64,000 nt of DNA from Botryllus schlosseri (lineage: Eukaryota), in contig CM119382.1 of assembly GCA_051294905.1 (NCBI GenBank), positions 7,626,001 through 7,690,000 on the forward strand. The letters run 5' to 3'. Every line of letters begins with the position of its first letter. Position 1 is the stretch's first letter. Of this stretch, positions 60,284-64,000 are shown in pieces. The position numbers and the translations under genes were made by a program. The notes under the pieces are model-generated. The model searched no databases. It worked only from the letters and a program-made list of their open reading frames with translations, and had not been told where the DNA came from.

Positions 60284-61132
60284 CTGTAGACAGAGACAGA
60301 TGAAGCGCGTGTTGGAGCCTTCAGTAATCGTTGCTCATATTGCTGAACAAATTTTGAGAAGGATATAGACTGTATACAACACAGCACAGTTATGTATTTT
60401 CATGTACACGTACGTGTACACTGTACGTACAGTGTTGGAAGTTTTGTCACTGTCTTCGAACGTACCCATCGGGAGTAAATCACACCCAGACAGCGGTGTT
60501 GCAATCAGATAGTGATGGAGCTCGCCGATGCAGGGAGGAACTCCAGGCGCTGGTGTAACGAGAGACTAATTTAATTGTTGCAGCGGCGGACAGTAACGTT
60601 AGCCAGCATCCCGTGTAATCAGAGTGAGGTCTCATAATATTTCGCAGCGTTATGCAGAACACAGGAATGTCTGGTCACAGGAAATGAGCCTCGCGGCATC
60701 GGGTATGCATTACAGAGGATGCTTTAGTCCTAGAATTCTGATGAATAACAGTGACACCGAAACAGGGAACCGCAAGCCCCACTGACTGATTGAGGGGGAG
60801 CCACTACGCCCCTTCTAGAAGTAACATGCGGTTTGTTTACATTATCCAGTTAATCATCTGGGTATTCATAGAACTGAAAATTCAACCGGCAATCTTGAGT
60901 CATATTTGGAAACCAAGAACCTCAGCCTGCTTTTTTACCCGTTCATCGGTACGTTTCATGGACCATCGTTATTTGCACGCCAGTCTTGCTAGATGAGTAA
61001 GCCTACTTCTACTTTCGCCTATGTCTTGACCGCTTCTGATAATCCATATGCTACGACATGGGTAGCCTATACGTGTTCCGTGTTTGGAATTGCGCGTACA
61101 CGTGCAGGGCATCCATATTATAGCTTGACTTT

Positions 61133-61330
61133 GCTCACTCATTCCCGTATAACCCCGTAAGCCGTTGCATTCGCGCTATTTGTAACCTGATTGTTTCTAC
61201 TCCATTTTGTTATTGATCGTTATTTCGTGTTACCTCCTTTCTTTGTGTACAGTGTTCAATGACCATGGTGCAAAAGGCAGTCAGGCCAAAAGCGCGAATT
61301 TTTTGTTTCAAAAACAACAACAAAAACAGC
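61133..61330 (+). mobile_element. Short retroposed insertion (SINE or LINE 3' end)
   Basis: 11-bp TSD agcttgacttt; A/C-rich tail; empty site at ~43852 in unit A. Confidence 0.8.
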
Positions 61331-62321
61331 AGCTTGACTTTCGGCGCTAGTCAAGGTGATATATGATATGATTCAGATTTACAAATCTCCCTTGAAGCAG
61401 ATTTCGCACTCCTCGAAAATTTCCCGACATTACTCGTACTTCTGATTTAGTAGAATCAATGACAACTAAGGCAGTCGCTGGTTAAATATATATGGTGACG
61501 TGACTATCACCTGTATCTGATGACCACGATACATTGCCATGACAGTAATGGACCCAAGTCTCCAGCAGGACGGTAATCCGGCGTAAAAACTCTACGGCCA
61601 AATTAGAATGCGGACCAATCATCCAGTGTGACAGTCGCTACATGACAGAGAAGAGTTATGGATATTGTGCTTCAATTATCATTTCAGTCATATTTAATTG
61701 TCACCCGAGTTTTGGGAATTGTGAGCAATGAGACACACATGTTACGCGCTACTAAGTTTCATACACGACGTCCTGAAGATATCTGACTAAATTTTGTAGG
61801 ATATCCTTATTGCGTCTGTAATTTAAACCTCGACGGATGCTACTTTTCCGCATCTAGTGCTGAACTGCCATATAACAATGCTCGATATCAGGGTTGCCAA
61901 ATCATAACCATGTCAAACAAATCCGTATTCCACTACTCATTTACGATATCGAATGACTATATGTTCCTTGGAACGGATAGGGGCATGAACTCAGCATACC
62001 TCGTTCCGCAAACGAGAGAAAATGAATGAACGGTTATGATTTTCTGCTAGGGTTGGGCAATGGGCAGGGCATAGTGAATCATACTATAGATAACCAACCT
62101 ACTTAGGTTAGTTATCCGTAGGTTAGCTATCTATAGTATCTATAATCAGTTAATCACACTTACTCGAATCTGAATTGAGTCGAGCACTGAGGTACGGTTT
62201 TTACGGGTGGTAAAATTATCCGCCGACTGACACTGCGAGTTGTTTTAACAAATAGAATCATAGTTTCAATACTTCCTCTTGCTGGAAACCTTAAAAGTTA
62301 AATACATCCTATAGCTTTAGC

Positions 62322-63611
62322 CAGAGGTGGTCAAAGTAGTCAAGAAAGCTACTCAAGTAGAAGTAGAAGTAGCGACGAAAAAAATCTACTCGAGTACGAG
62401 TAGAAGTACTTCTTCCATGAGCAACCTAAAACTACTTGAAGTAGAAGTAGAATTGACTGACTATAAAAGTACTCAAGTAAGTAGTTGTGAAAACGATCCT
62501 AATTCGTTCACATGGATTGTAAAAAGGCGCAAATTGAGCTATGCGAAAGGTGACGAACTTGATTCATTCTATTGATGCATACCAGCATATGTATCCAATT
62601 TTTGATAGCATAAGGATAAGCATTCGTCCACATCATGGGATGAAAATGATAGTATTGATATGGAAATGCGATACTAATCCTCTGTTTACTCAAACAGCAC
62701 ATTTTAGAAAATATCATGGTATTGCGCACTCCCCCATATTATAAGGCTTGTAGTTTAGTCGAAGAGCAATACGGAGATGGTGTGTTTGATACGGTGTAAA
62801 CACATTGTGCGATTAGTAATCGTTAATAAAAAATATGGTGTGCCGTGAAATGCTATATTGTGTAGCTTTATTTTTGGAAATTGAAGGCATTACTACACTT
62901 GCTTTTATACTTCAACATGTACGTTATCGAAACAAAAGTGCTGATATTAATTCGAAATCAAAATATATGGTACTGGGAATTGAAAGTGAAATATAAATTT
63001 AAAAACGGAACATGTATTTAATGTCTTTAGTCCGGAAAGTTTCGAAGGTTGGTATGCTAAAACAGCTCTAACACTAAAGAAAAGTCAGAGTCCACTTTTC
63101 CGGATTAGAATACGCCATGGACAGCTAGATTACGATATGACAAGTATAATTCTAGATTGCGAAACATCAGTTTCAAACATTATGATAAGCCATATATACT
63201 GTGATGAAATATTTGATATGGCGAAGGGTGACAATGCGGTGTGAACGGAACTACGCCAACCCGCTACCTAAATTATATTCACCGATACTTTCGTGAAATC
63301 ATACTGGATACTCCGCATTCACTGCGCGCGAGGCGCGACCAAAATTCTAGGCTTAACTCGACTTTTATGAAAATTAATTGTCGATACTCCGTGAAACCAG
63401 CCCCGAAATGTCTCAGGCTCTCTTTCTGATTGGGAGATATAAACTACTTTTACTTGACAAACTGAAAATAGCGAAAAGTAAGTAAGTAGATCATCAATAT
63501 TATGAAGTAGAAGTAGTGAAATTCAGATCTACTTGAGTAAGTAACAGAAGTAGAGGAAAACTACTTGAGTACTTCGAAAAAGTAGAAGTACTTCGTTACT
63601 GACCACCTCTG
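62322..63611. mobile_element. CAGAGGTGG hAT family element, unit B only
   Basis: TIRs plus perfect TSD gctttagc; empty site at ~48050. Confidence 0.9.
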
Positions 63612-63780
63612 GCTTTAGCACAAGGCTGCGTCGGTTGGCGGAAGCGGCATTTCCTTGAAATAGTGATTGATGCTCAGTATGGAGTAGATATGTTCGAAAA
63701 ATACCAGAATATCTTTAATGTCAAGTTACCGGTATTACGTTTTTGTGGTCACATAAGTTTGCGTATGTGGACTTGCTAGT

Positions 63781-64000
63781 CAGAGGTTCTCAACCGCGGG
63801 TCCGCGAAGCATTTTCAGGGGGTCCGCGAAGACTCTAAATTTTCAAAATGATTAATAAACTAATTTGTATTTCTTTAAATTAGGGAAATCATGAGGCAGA
63901 TTCACTTCATCGCTGCTAAAACTTCAGGTCTCACATCAACAGAATGGATGTTTTGTTGGGGTTAGTAGTGAAATATAAAAGTCGCAGTCGTGCAGGTCAA
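63781..64000. mobile_element. Left end of a hAT-type element running off the window end
   Basis: cagaggttctcaaccgcgggtccgcg, resembling the ends of the 48851-50301 element. Confidence 0.6.

Larger units (their letters stand above)
57200..61620 (-). pseudogene. Possible decayed gene, unit B copy of 41200-44150
   Basis: Homologous segments include VPSDARKQMGLIMSHNVPGEVWREF and GTWSPLMLITEY; interrupted by three insertions. Confidence 0.28.
52376..63738. repeat. Segmental tandem duplication, unit B
   Basis: Colinear with unit A once copy-specific insertions are removed; JAK ATG-to-ATG distance is 16376 nt. Confidence 0.9.

Overview
Eukaryotic (metazoan) genomic DNA: AT-rich, intron-containing and dense in DNA transposons. 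An invertebrate chordate such as a tunicate is my inference, not something the sequence proves. Left third: a minus-strand prostanoid-receptor GPCR (EP4-like) with 8 well-supported coding exons plus one tentative last exon, spanning ~1.2-17.1 kb. Middle (18-36 kb): nested hAT-type elements with 8-bp TSDs, a 617-bp near-perfect foldback hairpin, a decayed Tc1/mariner-like element and a 5'-truncated CR1/L2-like LINE. Right half: a tandem segmental duplication (~35.2-48.2 kb and ~52.4-63.7 kb). Each unit carries a complete Janus kinase whose whole CDS lies in one exon (1147 and 1143 aa; FERM-SH2-pseudokinase-kinase). Between them lies a third, fragmentary JAK copy joined by a 7-bp microhomology and split by transposons. 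The two JAKs diverge most in the kinase C-lobe. Each is followed by a decayed minus-strand region that by eye resembles TIR-, death-domain- and kinase-like sequence (low confidence). No rRNA, tRNA or CRISPR array could be supported.
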